Below are positions 1 through 9,272 of a DNA stretch of 64,000 nucleotides, one piece after another (position 1 is the first letter of the stretch; each line of letters starts with the position of its first letter). Position numbers and translations under genes: made by a program. The notes under the pieces are model-generated. The model was given only the letters and a program-made list of their open reading frames with translations. It had not been told where the DNA came from and did no database searches. Source of the stretch: Promethearchaeota archaeon (lineage in GTDB: Archaea; Asgardarchaeota; Lokiarchaeia; Sigyniarchaeales; SOKP01); NCBI GenBank assembly GCA_048938025.1, contig JBHLMP010000006.1, positions 23,316 through 87,315 of the forward strand, written 5' to 3'.

Positions 1-451
1 CCTTCTTGATAGTCGAGCATTTTCTCTAAATTATGTATTTTTACATCTTCCGTAATTAAATCTTTATCTCTCAAATTTCCTTCACAATTAAATTATCAGC
101 TTTTTAAATTAAATAAAGAAATTCTACATATAAAATTAAATTCGAACATGTTTTATCTTTTCACATTTATAATATATTATATGTGTATTAATCAAATTCG
201 AAAATCATTTGATATTTTATGAAGCGAGAAAAAAAAATTGCTATCGTTATCATCGTAACAACAATAATTCTGTTTGTATCTATTCTTTTGTTTATTATGA
301 GTACTTCTATTAGTCCGTGAACGCCTTAAAATGGGAATTAATTTATTTAAAAAAGTGAATGACTCTTGTAAAAAATGTTAGTTACAAGAAGACAACCTTG
401 TGCAGGTTTTAAATTGTTTTAATAAATAAATTTATTTAAGATGATTTTAAT

Positions 452-763
452 ATGAATGAAACATTTTCCGAGCGAGTTAAACAACTAATTAAACAAATTC
501 CAAATGGAAAGGTTTCAACATATGGTCAAATTGCTGCTCGTGCTGGAAATCCGAGAGCTGCACGACAAGTAGCATGGATATTGCATTCTTGTTCGAAGAA
601 AGATAATTTACCATGGCATAGGGTTATTAATAGTAAGGGAAGGATTTCATTGCCTTATGATGGTGGTTATCAAATGCAGAAAAAGCTATTAGAGCTAGAG
701 GGGATTGTTTTTAATGAAGATGATATTATTGATCTTGAAATTTATATTTGTCGAGTAGAGTAA
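452..763 (+). CDS. Alkyltransferase-like (ATL) protein: MGMT/Ogt DNA-binding domain without the acceptor cysteine
   Basis: 103-aa ORF. It has an Ogt-type HTH (VSTYGQIAARAG). The motif PWHRVIN (nt 611-625) sits where active methyltransferases carry PCHRV. Confidence 0.8.
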   Translation: MNETFSERVKQLIKQIPNGKVSTYGQIAARAGNPRAARQVAWILHSCSKKDNLPWHRVINSKGRISLPYDGGYQMQKKLLELEGIVFNEDDIIDLEIYICRVE

Positions 764-795
764 TTTAAAAATTCAAAAAAATTGAGAGAAAAGAT

Positions 796-1248
796 ATGGT
801 AATAAAATATAAAGATATTTTGGATATCCTTGCGCCATGTGGGCTTAGTTGCCGTAAATGTTTTGCAAACTCTAATGGGGAAATAAGAAAAAAAAGCATG
901 GAATTACAAGAACAGTTAGGATCTTTTGATAGATATGCTGAGAGATTCTCAACATTCCTACCCGTATTTAAAAATTACCCCTCATTTAAAGAATTACTTA
1001 CATATTTAACACAAGAGAATTGTAGTGGATGTAGAAAAGGATCTTGTTTTTATCCTGATTGTGGAGTAAGAAGTTGTTATAAAGATAAAGGAGTTGACTT
1101 TTGTTTTCAATGTGATGAATTTCCTTGTGATAAAACTAATTTTGACCCCGATCTTAAGAGGAGGTGGATTCAAATGAATAATCAGATGAAAGAAGTAGGA
1201 TTGAAATTATATTACCAAAATACTAAAGATTTACTAAGATATGAATAA
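796..1248 (+). CDS. DUF3795-type cysteine-rich protein
   Basis: 150 aa with multiple CxxC-type clusters (CGLSCRKC, CSGCRKGSC, CFQCDEFPC) typical of the DUF3795 family. Confidence 0.6.
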   Translation: MVIKYKDILDILAPCGLSCRKCFANSNGEIRKKSMELQEQLGSFDRYAERFSTFLPVFKNYPSFKELLTYLTQENCSGCRKGSCFYPDCGVRSCYKDKGVDFCFQCDEFPCDKTNFDPDLKRRWIQMNNQMKEVGLKLYYQNTKDLLRYE

Positions 1249-1284
1249 AAGGAAAAAAAAAATGAGATAGTTAAATTTAGGATT

Positions 1285-3390
1285 TTATAGCCAAGGCGGA
1301 ATCTGCATAGGTGCATCCACAATCCATTCCGGATAGATATAACCATTTGATGTAACAATTGATTTTGTTCCACCAGATTGCCATTGTACCCATAAAGCGA
1401 CAGAATAAATTGTCTCTGTAATTGGATCATACCCTTCAATTAAATCATGGTATATATTAAATGCAATATTACCTCCAGCTCCTTCAAATGGATTAGTTTT
1501 ATCTATAGTTTCTAATTGAGCTACAATATCATCAGAATCAATGGATTGTACTTTGTTAATCGCGTCTGACAGCATAAAAACAGAATCATAGGATCCTATT
1601 GCTGTATAAAAAGGATCCTTAGCCCATATTGCTGTATATGAATCCCACATTGGTATTGTTATACTTGTTTTATTAGTTCTTGTTGTTGATTGTACTACTA
1701 ATTGATATTTACATGCTCCTGCTGAATATTGCCAGTAATCTTCAAATTCAGACATATAATCAATCCCAGCAATCATAAAATCGGGTTGAAGAGCCTCATA
1801 TTGAGTCATCAATTTGATTCCACCTTGTGCTGAGATGAGAGGAAAAACGATTTGTGCTCCATCAGTGTGTAATTGGTATACATATCCAGTAAAATCTGCA
1901 GAAGTAGCTGTAATTGGATACGCAATTTCACTTACTATTGTAAAATTAAACCAAGGATTAATAGTTAACCCATAGTATCCATAAGGTACATAATAACCGT
2001 GTAAAATGTTTGACCAAGGTGTCGTCCATTCAAGATTTTCCCTTATAATTCCAACTTTAGTCACGTTTACGCCTAATGCTGCCTCCAAGGCAGGTTTAAG
2101 CGTTAAAGCATAAAATTCAACAATTTCCTTCGCTAAAGATGTAGAATTGATAGGCATTGTACGGAAACAATATTTATATTTAGCATAATCCATGGCAACA
2201 GTTGTACAGAATGAATCTGTAGATGCTCCTGTATTTATGAAAATTTTATGCTCGTCCATTACCGCTTCCCGATATGTCATTACTGCTTCTGTTCTATATC
2301 CACCAATGAAAAAATCAGGATCATGTTGAAGGATCAGATTCTCTGCTGCTAAGACTCCCTGACTAACATTTAATAAGGGAATAGCTTCGTAGGTATTTTC
2401 ACCTACAATTCCAAGATAGTAAGTACCATTGGGAAAAGTCGGATCCATAGAATTATAAATTAAAATACCTCCAGCTTCGTTTATCTGTCTTATAGCTAAA
2501 TATGATCCTTGAAATGTACCTTCACCCGATATATCAGTAAAATCAGCAAGGGTTCCAATCTTAATTATATGATCTTCAGGAGTATCAATTGGTGCCCCTG
2601 GGACAAATAAAACACCCGAGTATAAATAAGGAATATCTATGTTTACAATTTCACTATTAGTAGTCTCCTCATTACCAGCGTTGTCTATAGCATAGTATTC
2701 GATGGTGTGATTTCTTTTAGCATAACCCCCTAATGTGAATAACCCAGTATATGATGTCCATGGTCCATTATCTATTCGGTATTCGATGCTATCAACCCCT
2801 GAACCAGTACCATCATCTGCCAATAAAGTGAAGGTCGTGCTATTACTAACTATATTGGGCAAAGATTCAGGAGTATAAGATATAGAACTAGATGGGTTCA
2901 TACTGTCGATGATCAATTGATAAGAGCTTACATAAGCAATATTATTTGTTTCATCAGACTCACTTACATCATTATCACTATCGATAATCCAACCTATATA
3001 AAATATTCCATCTGGGATTCCAATATCTGGAAATATACCACTCCATGTTGAAAAACTATAATTTAAAGAAGATATTGATGGGATTGTATCAACTCCTAAC
3101 AAATAATCATCTACCGTAATAATAGTATTAGTTGAAACGTAATAGCTTACATTAAAGGCACCTGTTGATGATTGCCCAAGATTCTCGACATAACACCATA
3201 CTTGAATTATAGTAAAGCCGGGTTTAACTGCCGTTGGAAAAAAATCAGAATAAAGTGGTCCTCTATCTGTCAAATCTGGTGGACTTTTTTTTCCTTTTGG
3301 CAAAAAACTTACCCAGGTGATCGCAATAGAACTCACACCAATAATAATGGCTATTAAAATGGCTATTATTGTTCTTTTTTGTATTTTCAT
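1285..3390 (-). CDS. Membrane-anchored extracellular solute-binding protein (type I periplasmic-binding fold, Liv-like) with N-terminal CARDB and Ig-like modules
   Basis: N-terminal TM anchor. CARDB hallmark ending ESDETNN. Ig-like module SGVDSIEYRIDNGPWTSYTG...YYAIDNAGNEE. C-terminal ~430 aa resemble branched-chain amino-acid binding proteins (IKIGTLADFTD...QINEAGGI). Confidence 0.6.
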   Translation of the reverse strand: MKIQKRTIIAILIAIIIGVSSIAITWVSFLPKGKKSPPDLTDRGPLYSDFFPTAVKPGFTIIQVWCYVENLGQSSTGAFNVSYYVSTNTIITVDDYLLGVDTIPSISSLNYSFSTWSGIFPDIGIPDGIFYIGWIIDSDNDVSESDETNNIAYVSSYQLIIDSMNPSSSISYTPESLPNIVSNSTTFTLLADDGTGSGVDSIEYRIDNGPWTSYTGLFTLGGYAKRNHTIEYYAIDNAGNEETTNSEIVNIDIPYLYSGVLFVPGAPIDTPEDHIIKIGTLADFTDISGEGTFQGSYLAIRQINEAGGILIYNSMDPTFPNGTYYLGIVGENTYEAIPLLNVSQGVLAAENLILQHDPDFFIGGYRTEAVMTYREAVMDEHKIFINTGASTDSFCTTVAMDYAKYKYCFRTMPINSTSLAKEIVEFYALTLKPALEAALGVNVTKVGIIRENLEWTTPWSNILHGYYVPYGYYGLTINPWFNFTIVSEIAYPITATSADFTGYVYQLHTDGAQIVFPLISAQGGIKLMTQYEALQPDFMIAGIDYMSEFEDYWQYSAGACKYQLVVQSTTRTNKTSITIPMWDSYTAIWAKDPFYTAIGSYDSVFMLSDAINKVQSIDSDDIVAQLETIDKTNPFEGAGGNIAFNIYHDLIEGYDPITETIYSVALWVQWQSGGTKSIVTSNGYIYPEWIVDAPMQIPPWL

Positions 3391-3559
3391 TTTAATATTC
3401 TCCTAATTGGATATTCATTATAAATATATCAATAATAGATTTAAAGTTTTCCTTAAATCATAAATTTTTAGGGGAACTTCTAAATATTTCCTTTCTTGGA
3501 GGTGTTATGATATCTATAGCAAGATAATCACAATATTACCATTCTCTTTTTGTAGTATC

Positions 3560-3821
3560 TTTACTGGTGGATGAGGAAATTAAAAGATTTGTAAAATATT
3601 TATTATAAAAAGGATCTTGTTTATATCCTGATTTTGAAGTAAGAAACTGTTATTAAAGTAAAACTATTGAATTATGCTTCCACTGCGATGAATTTCCTTG
3701 TGAAAAAACTAATTTTGATTCTGATCTTAAGAGAAGGTGGATTCAAATGAATAATCAGATGAAAGAAATAGATATTAAATCATGCTATCAGAAGTCTAAA
3801 GATTTATCAAGGTATAGGTAA
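3560..3821 (+). pseudogene. Decayed duplicate of the 3' part of the DUF3795 gene
   Basis: nt 3612-3821 align base-for-base with 1039-1248. The core gatgaatttccttgtga...aggtggattcaaatgaataatcagatgaaagaa is nearly identical. The copy has in-frame stops and no start. Confidence 0.8.
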
Positions 3822-3839
3822 GATATTTCAAAAAAATAA

Positions 3840-4307
3840 TTAAGTTAAAGATAAAATAAATTTTCTAATTTTGTTACTATATAGTCCTTCTTTAATTTCT
3901 TTTTTATTAATTTCCAGAGTTGATAGTGGTTGTTTATCACATAATTTTGCTATGTTTTCAAATGCTTTATGATCTCCTTTCCCACCCTTAGTACAGAAAA
4001 AGGCAACATTCTTAATCTTACTCCTATACTCTGTAATATATGTTCTTATTGGCGTACTCATTCTTTTACTCCATATAGGCGTTCCAATTATGATTAAATC
4101 ATATAATTCAGGATTTTTTTCAATCTCTTTAATTATTGTTAATTTCTCTCTTGTAGCATCTGCACCAGCTCTAAGAAATCCTATAACTCCTGATCGCTTT
4201 TTAGTATCAAATATTTCTTCATACTCGCAATTTAACTCTCTTGAAATTAATTCACCAATCTTCTTTGTATTACCTGTTCTTGAGTAAAAAACTACTAAAA
4301 AACCCAT
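3840..4307 (-). CDS. Flavodoxin-family protein
   Basis: 155 aa. N-terminal FMN-phosphate loop VVFYSRTGNTKK. IIIGTPIW motif. Confidence 0.7.
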   Translation of the reverse strand: MGFLVVFYSRTGNTKKIGELISRELNCEYEEIFDTKKRSGVIGFLRAGADATREKLTIIKEIEKNPELYDLIIIGTPIWSKRMSTPIRTYITEYRSKIKNVAFFCTKGGKGDHKAFENIAKLCDKQPLSTLEINKKEIKEGLYSNKIRKFILSLT

Positions 4308-4481
4308 AATAAGTTATTTAACTAAAAAAAACTATTAAAACTTTAGATTTCTAATTTAAATAATAGAAATGAATTTTTCAGTAAATTTAAAAGAATTATA
4401 TTGAATAATTTAATATAAACCATTAATTCAAATTCTCATAAGAATATATTTTAAAGTTAACTAAAGTACATTATCCCGATT

Positions 4482-5327
4482 ATGATCATTTGGATATTAG
4501 ATTCCGAATCTGGAACAAAATTATTATATAAATCATTTTTGAAAACGAGTGCCGATGAGGATATTGTTTCTGGTTTTTTAACAGCGTTTCATCATTTTTC
4601 TATGGTTGAATTTAAGCAATCATTAGAATCTATAGAAATGGGTGGATTAAGATGGAGTTATATATTAGAGCCAGAGTATCAATTACTTTTTGTGGCAGCA
4701 GACACCAAAAGTGTAAGAACTGAAATGCTAATGGGGAGATTAAATGTTATAAGAGAAGCATTCGTAAAGGAATTTAAATCCGCATGGGAAAAAAAAGGTC
4801 ACAGTTGGGATGGAAATATTAATATTTTTTTACCTTTTATTGATGTAATTGAGGATTATTATAATCAATGGGAAGAGGTTGAAACATTAACCCATGTTGC
4901 AGATTTTTTTGATATCTTGGGTGTTTTTCAACACATATTAATTTCAATTAGAAATATTATGGATCATAAAATGTATAGTAAGTCCAAAAATGAAATTTTA
5001 AATCTCATTGATAAATCGTATAATACTATTAAAAATCAAGCAAAATACAAAAATCATCCAGAATTGAAAAATATCTCCTATTCTAAAGAGGCTTGGTTTA
5101 ATATAATTGATATAAACCTTATTAAGGGTGAAAAAAAATTAGTTATGACGTATTTGAAATCAATTCTTAGACAAATTGTAACTATTTTAAAGGAAGTAAA
5201 AGGAGAGAATTTATGTTTAAGATATTTTAGCGAAGAACATATTTATGCTTACATTTATAATAATATGAAATTATTAAAAGATTTAAAACTAGATTTGTTT
5301 TTTTTGGAACTTTTTCTATTATTATAA
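4482..5327 (+). CDS. Longin/roadblock-like domain protein with helical C-terminal region
   Basis: The first ~100 aa (IIWILDSESGTKLLYKSF...IVSGFLTAFHHFSMVEF...LRWSYILEPEYQLLFVAAD) have a beta-beta-alpha-beta-beta-beta pattern. They resemble the cytosolic domains of the ORFs at 15169 and 17593. Confidence 0.5.
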   Translation: MIIWILDSESGTKLLYKSFLKTSADEDIVSGFLTAFHHFSMVEFKQSLESIEMGGLRWSYILEPEYQLLFVAADTKSVRTEMLMGRLNVIREAFVKEFKSAWEKKGHSWDGNINIFLPFIDVIEDYYNQWEEVETLTHVADFFDILGVFQHILISIRNIMDHKMYSKSKNEILNLIDKSYNTIKNQAKYKNHPELKNISYSKEAWFNIIDINLIKGEKKLVMTYLKSILRQIVTILKEVKGENLCLRYFSEEHIYAYIYNNMKLLKDLKLDLFFLELFLLL

Positions 5328-5569
5328 TAATTAATCATAGGCTTTTGGTTATATATAGCCCTCATTTTAATTTAAGGAAGGGTCTTATTGCCAATATTAT
5401 TTTATGATTTAGGTACGACTAAAAAGTTTAAATATGATTATGATAATTATATAATTAGTGGAGGTAAAAATAAGAGTTATAAGAGTCGCGTATAATATTA
5501 GATTCAAATGAATAACCTCCCAATAATTAAACATTTTATAGGAATCTAAAAGCATATATAAAATACTTA

Positions 5570-6139
5570 GTGAGAGTAGTGGAAATTATACCGAATTTTT
5601 CATTTGGGTTATTAAATGGATGGATTTATTTCGTATTCTATTTAATTGTTTTTATTTTAGTGTTGAGTACGTGTTCTAAAGAGGTAAAAAAGCGATTATA
5701 CGATAGATCTTTATGGGATAAAAAAATAAAAATAATTACAGCTATTGGGAAATTATTTTCATTTGCTAATATTATCATGATTTTCTTAGCAACTATACAA
5801 TTCGGTACAATAGAGTTTATTATTGGAACGGTATTATATTCGGTTGGTCTAATAGGTTTAGGAATCGCTATTATTAATTATCGAAATGCACCTTTAGATA
5901 AACCAATAACTATCGGATTATATAAAATATCTCGTAATCCACAAATGGTTATGATTTATATCATGTTTGCTGGAATGATTTTAATAATCGGTTCTTGGAT
6001 TAATCTGATTTTTTTATGTATTTCGATTATATGTGCTCATTTCAGTATACTAGGGGAAGAAAAAGCTTTAACTGAACAATATGGAGAATTATATGATAAT
6101 TATAAGACAAAAGTACCAAGATATTTTATGTTTTTTTAA
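5570..6139 (+). CDS. ICMT/PEMT-family integral membrane methyltransferase
   Basis: Multi-TM protein with the C-terminal signature GLYKISRNPQM...GEEKALTEQYGELYDNYKTKVPRY. GTG start. Confidence 0.7.
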   Translation: MRVVEIIPNFSFGLLNGWIYFVFYLIVFILVLSTCSKEVKKRLYDRSLWDKKIKIITAIGKLFSFANIIMIFLATIQFGTIEFIIGTVLYSVGLIGLGIAIINYRNAPLDKPITIGLYKISRNPQMVMIYIMFAGMILIIGSWINLIFLCISIICAHFSILGEEKALTEQYGELYDNYKTKVPRYFMFF

Positions 6140-6154
6140 AAGAATAAGAGCTAA

Positions 6155-6778
6155 TTGAAAATGATTAAACCAATTATTATTAAAATATTTATTATCACAG
6201 TTATTAGTTTCTTTCTTATAGGATTGTTTGTACCTATGGCTATAATAAAAAAAAAAGGCAAAGATCCTCATGGAACACATGAAGGAGCTTCATTACTGAC
6301 TAGATTAACGCCTTATACTATTTTTACTTGGTTAACATATATTATTTTATTTGTCATAGATGGTAAAACAATCTTAAATTTTTTAGTTTTTGAATTTGTA
6401 ATTTCAGACATTTTCATATTTATCGGTATAATTATGATATCTTTGGGTTTACTAATAGATTTATGGGGAACAATCGCACTAGGAACTAACTTTAGGATTG
6501 AACTTCCAAAAGAAGAAATCTCTCTAAATACTACTGGAATTTATAGGTTAATGAGAAATCCCATTGTTATGGGAGTTTATTTGCTTGTTACTGGAAGTTT
6601 TCTTATTATTCCGACAATAATTTCACTGATCTTCTTAATAGCAAACATTTTGACTTTTGATTCAAAAATAAGAGATGAGGAAAGATTCCTTGCTAAACGA
6701 TTTGGAGAAGAATATAAAAATTATTGCACAAAAGTAGGAAGATATCTTCCATTTAGTATAATAAAGAATAAAAGATAA
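6155..6778 (+). CDS. ICMT/PEMT-family integral membrane methyltransferase (paralog 2)
   Basis: GIYRLMRNPIVMG...RDEERFLAKRFGEEYKNYCTKVGRYLP signature. Multi-TM. Confidence 0.7.
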   Translation: MKMIKPIIIKIFIITVISFFLIGLFVPMAIIKKKGKDPHGTHEGASLLTRLTPYTIFTWLTYIILFVIDGKTILNFLVFEFVISDIFIFIGIIMISLGLLIDLWGTIALGTNFRIELPKEEISLNTTGIYRLMRNPIVMGVYLLVTGSFLIIPTIISLIFLIANILTFDSKIRDEERFLAKRFGEEYKNYCTKVGRYLPFSIIKNKR

Positions 6779-6938
6779 CATGTGTTGGTGATAAGATATC
6801 AGGGAATCAGCAAATTATGGAAATTGGGTACCATTAAATTTATTATACTTTTTAATAGGTGCAAATTTAATTTTATTAATCCCTTCCTTATTCCCAATTC
6901 CTCTAATCGTTAGAATAGTATTATGGGTAATTATAGGA

Positions 6939-7562
6939 TTGCTTCTTTTACCATCTTCTTATTTATTTTATTTATTTTATAAATTTTCAGTAAATAATAA
7001 AGAGTTACAATATATGGTCTGGAATTTAGTCATCAATAAATTATCTTGGAATGGACAAGGCAAAGCGCTTGATATTGGCACCGGAGCTGGAGCATTAGCA
7101 ATAGAGCTTGCTAAGAAATTCCCTGAATCTAAAGTTTGGGGAATTGATTATTGGGGAAAAATATGGAATTATTCTAAACTTAAGTGCGAGAGAAATGCTA
7201 AAGTCGAGGGTGTTGCAGATCAGGTTGTATTTCAAAAAGCGCATGCTTCAAAATTGCCTTTTAAAGATGGTGAATTTGATGTTATTATGAGTAATTTCGT
7301 ATATCATGAAATTCGAGATGCAAAAGATAAAACCAAACTCATTAATGAGTCTTTTCGAGTTTTGAAAAAAGGAGGGGCCTTTTCTTTGCAAGATATCTTT
7401 AAAAGTAAAAAGAAATTTGGTGATATTGAACAATTAATCAGAGAGATTAAGAAATGGGGCATTGAGGAGGTTAATTTCATCGAAACAACTCAAGAAATTC
7501 CAATACCTAAGTTGTTGAAATTTGAACTCAAAACAATGGGTTTATTATATGGAGTAAAGTAG
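6939..7562 (+). CDS. Class I SAM-dependent methyltransferase
   Basis: Motif I LDIGTGAGALA, acidic loop GIDYW, post-I VIMSNFVYHE. The start is uncertain: TTG at 6939 or ATG at 7014, and the frame is open from 6795. Confidence 0.75.
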   Translation: MLLLPSSYLFYLFYKFSVNNKELQYMVWNLVINKLSWNGQGKALDIGTGAGALAIELAKKFPESKVWGIDYWGKIWNYSKLKCERNAKVEGVADQVVFQKAHASKLPFKDGEFDVIMSNFVYHEIRDAKDKTKLINESFRVLKKGGAFSLQDIFKSKKKFGDIEQLIREIKKWGIEEVNFIETTQEIPIPKLLKFELKTMGLLYGVK

Positions 7563-7569
7563 ACTTAAA

Positions 7570-8217
7570 ATGGGCTTAAAGCAAAAATTAGTTAATCAAA
7601 TAAGAAAACCTAGTGGAAAAGTAGGACGAATAATTGCCAGGGGTATGAATAAAGGGCATGCAAAATTAGCAAAGTGGGGTTTATCTAAAATTGTTATAGA
7701 ACCAAATTATATTATTTTAGATATTGGATGTGGGGGTGGGGGAAATATAAAGCGTTTTGCTGAGATTATAGTAGATGGAAAAATATATGGAATTGATTAT
7801 TCAGAAACAGCCGTATCGGTAAGTAAGGAAGTTAATAAGAGATATCTTGAAAATGGAACTGTTGAAATATACAATGCTTCTGTTTCATCTTTACCTTTTG
7901 AAGATAATTTCTTTGATATCATAAGTGGTTTTGAAGCTTATTACTTTTGGCCAGATTTACCAACAGATTTAAAAGAAATCTATAGAGTTCTTAAACCAAA
8001 AGGAAAAATAATTTTAGTTAATGAAGGGTATTTATGTAATAATGAGAAAAAAAGAAAAAAAGCTCAAATGTGGTCAGAATTGGGGAAATTTCCTCTTCAT
8101 ACTCCTGAAGAATATAATGATTTATTAACTAATGCTGGTTTTTCTAATATCCAAATTTTTGAAGAAAATAAAAAGGGTTGGATTACAATTATAGGTAAAA
8201 AAATTCGCGTTATATGA
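7570..8217 (+). CDS. Class I SAM-dependent methyltransferase
   Basis: Motif I LDIGCGGGGN, GIDYSE, LKPKGKIIL. Confidence 0.75.
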   Translation: MGLKQKLVNQIRKPSGKVGRIIARGMNKGHAKLAKWGLSKIVIEPNYIILDIGCGGGGNIKRFAEIIVDGKIYGIDYSETAVSVSKEVNKRYLENGTVEIYNASVSSLPFEDNFFDIISGFEAYYFWPDLPTDLKEIYRVLKPKGKIILVNEGYLCNNEKKRKKAQMWSELGKFPLHTPEEYNDLLTNAGFSNIQIFEENKKGWITIIGKKIRVI

Positions 8218-8320
8218 GTATGAAGATGTTATAAAAAAATATGAAAATATGGACTATACAAATATTAAATACAATTGAAAAAATTGAATTAATAAGATTT
8301 TAAAAAATAGCTGATTTAAA

Positions 8321-8818
8321 ATGAATAAAAAACGACATGAGGGTCATGAGAGGGAAATTCCAAATGCCCATATATTTCATGCCATATTACCAATAGGATT
8401 TGCAGCAATATGGATACTAGATTCAAGAATATTCCAATTCTCAACTTTTTTAAACAATTTTGTACCTTTTATAATTCGTTTAATACTCTTTGTATTAGTT
8501 TTTGCGATTGCTATTACTTTTATAATACTGTCTCACCGTGCCCTATTTAAATCACATCACCCACCTAGTAGCTTGATTACTAATGGAATTCTTGGATATG
8601 TGAGAAATCCAATGTATTTTGGCATTTTATTAATTTATGTGGCATTAATATTCTTTTCCATTTCATTAATTTGTATTGGTCTCTTTGTTATAGTATTTCT
8701 GGTTTATAATTGGATGGTAAATTTTGAAGAAAAAATTCTTCTGGATATGTTTAGTAATCAATTTTTAGAATATAAAAAAAAAGTACCAAAATGGATTCCA
8801 AATCCCTTTAAAAAGTAA
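8321..8818 (+). CDS. ICMT/PEMT-family integral membrane methyltransferase (paralog 3)
   Basis: GILGYVRNPMYFG...NFEEKILLDMFSNQFLEYKKKVPKWIP signature. Multi-TM. Confidence 0.7.
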   Translation: MNKKRHEGHEREIPNAHIFHAILPIGFAAIWILDSRIFQFSTFLNNFVPFIIRLILFVLVFAIAITFIILSHRALFKSHHPPSSLITNGILGYVRNPMYFGILLIYVALIFFSISLICIGLFVIVFLVYNWMVNFEEKILLDMFSNQFLEYKKKVPKWIPNPFKK

Positions 8819-8837
8819 AAAGAAAGGACCCGTAGTA

Positions 8838-9236
8838 ATGGTTTCTGAGCAAATATGGAAAAAAATATGGTTGATATTTGGGATTATTTTTTTATTTATT
8901 TCAATTTTTATGTTATTTTTTGGCTCCTCACTAGCTTCAATAACAAGAACCAGACCGTTCTCAGATCGCGCTAGAGCTATGATAAGTTTCTTCTGGATTT
9001 GGATGTTTATATATAATGGAATAGGATTCATTTTACTTTATAAAAATACTGAAAAGTATAAAATTTTATTAATTTTAGCGATTCCTGCGGGAATAATCTT
9101 TACAATTCTTCAAATAATCTATATCATAATAGGGCTTTTTGAATTTGTATTCTCAGAAATTATGTGGGCGGTAAGTTCCTTAATATGGTCAATAATAGCA
9201 ATAGTATATTTTTTTGATAAAAAAAGGCATGCGTAA
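8838..9236 (+). CDS. Hypothetical membrane protein (about 4 TM)
   Basis: 132-aa hydrophobic ORF, co-directional and tightly spaced in the + strand gene array. No recognisable motif. Confidence 0.5.
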   Translation: MVSEQIWKKIWLIFGIIFLFISIFMLFFGSSLASITRTRPFSDRARAMISFFWIWMFIYNGIGFILLYKNTEKYKILLILAIPAGIIFTILQIIYIIIGLFEFVFSEIMWAVSSLIWSIIAIVYFFDKKRHA

Positions 9237-9272
9237 TGCATTTAATTAGTTGAAATTGTGAATTAGAATAAC

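Noticed and set aside
1-68. Possible 5' end of a minus-strand gene leaving the window (ATG at 20-18, frame open from ~68).
   Set aside because: Only 6-22 codons are visible, which is too little to support a call.
219-320. 33-codon ORF (MKREKKIAIVIIVTTIILFVSILLFIMSTSISP) encoding a single hydrophobic helix.
   Set aside because: It is plausible as a small membrane protein. However, in AT-rich DNA, short Ile/Leu/Phe-rich ORFs arise by chance, and there is no supporting motif or conservation evidence.
6795-6938. In-frame hydrophobic extension (two TM-like segments) upstream of the methyltransferase start at 6939.
   Set aside because: There is no ATG, GTG or TTG in the 48 codons, and an in-frame ATG at 6780 is followed by two stops. 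Unlike the DUF457 case, no family-specific motif supports the extension.
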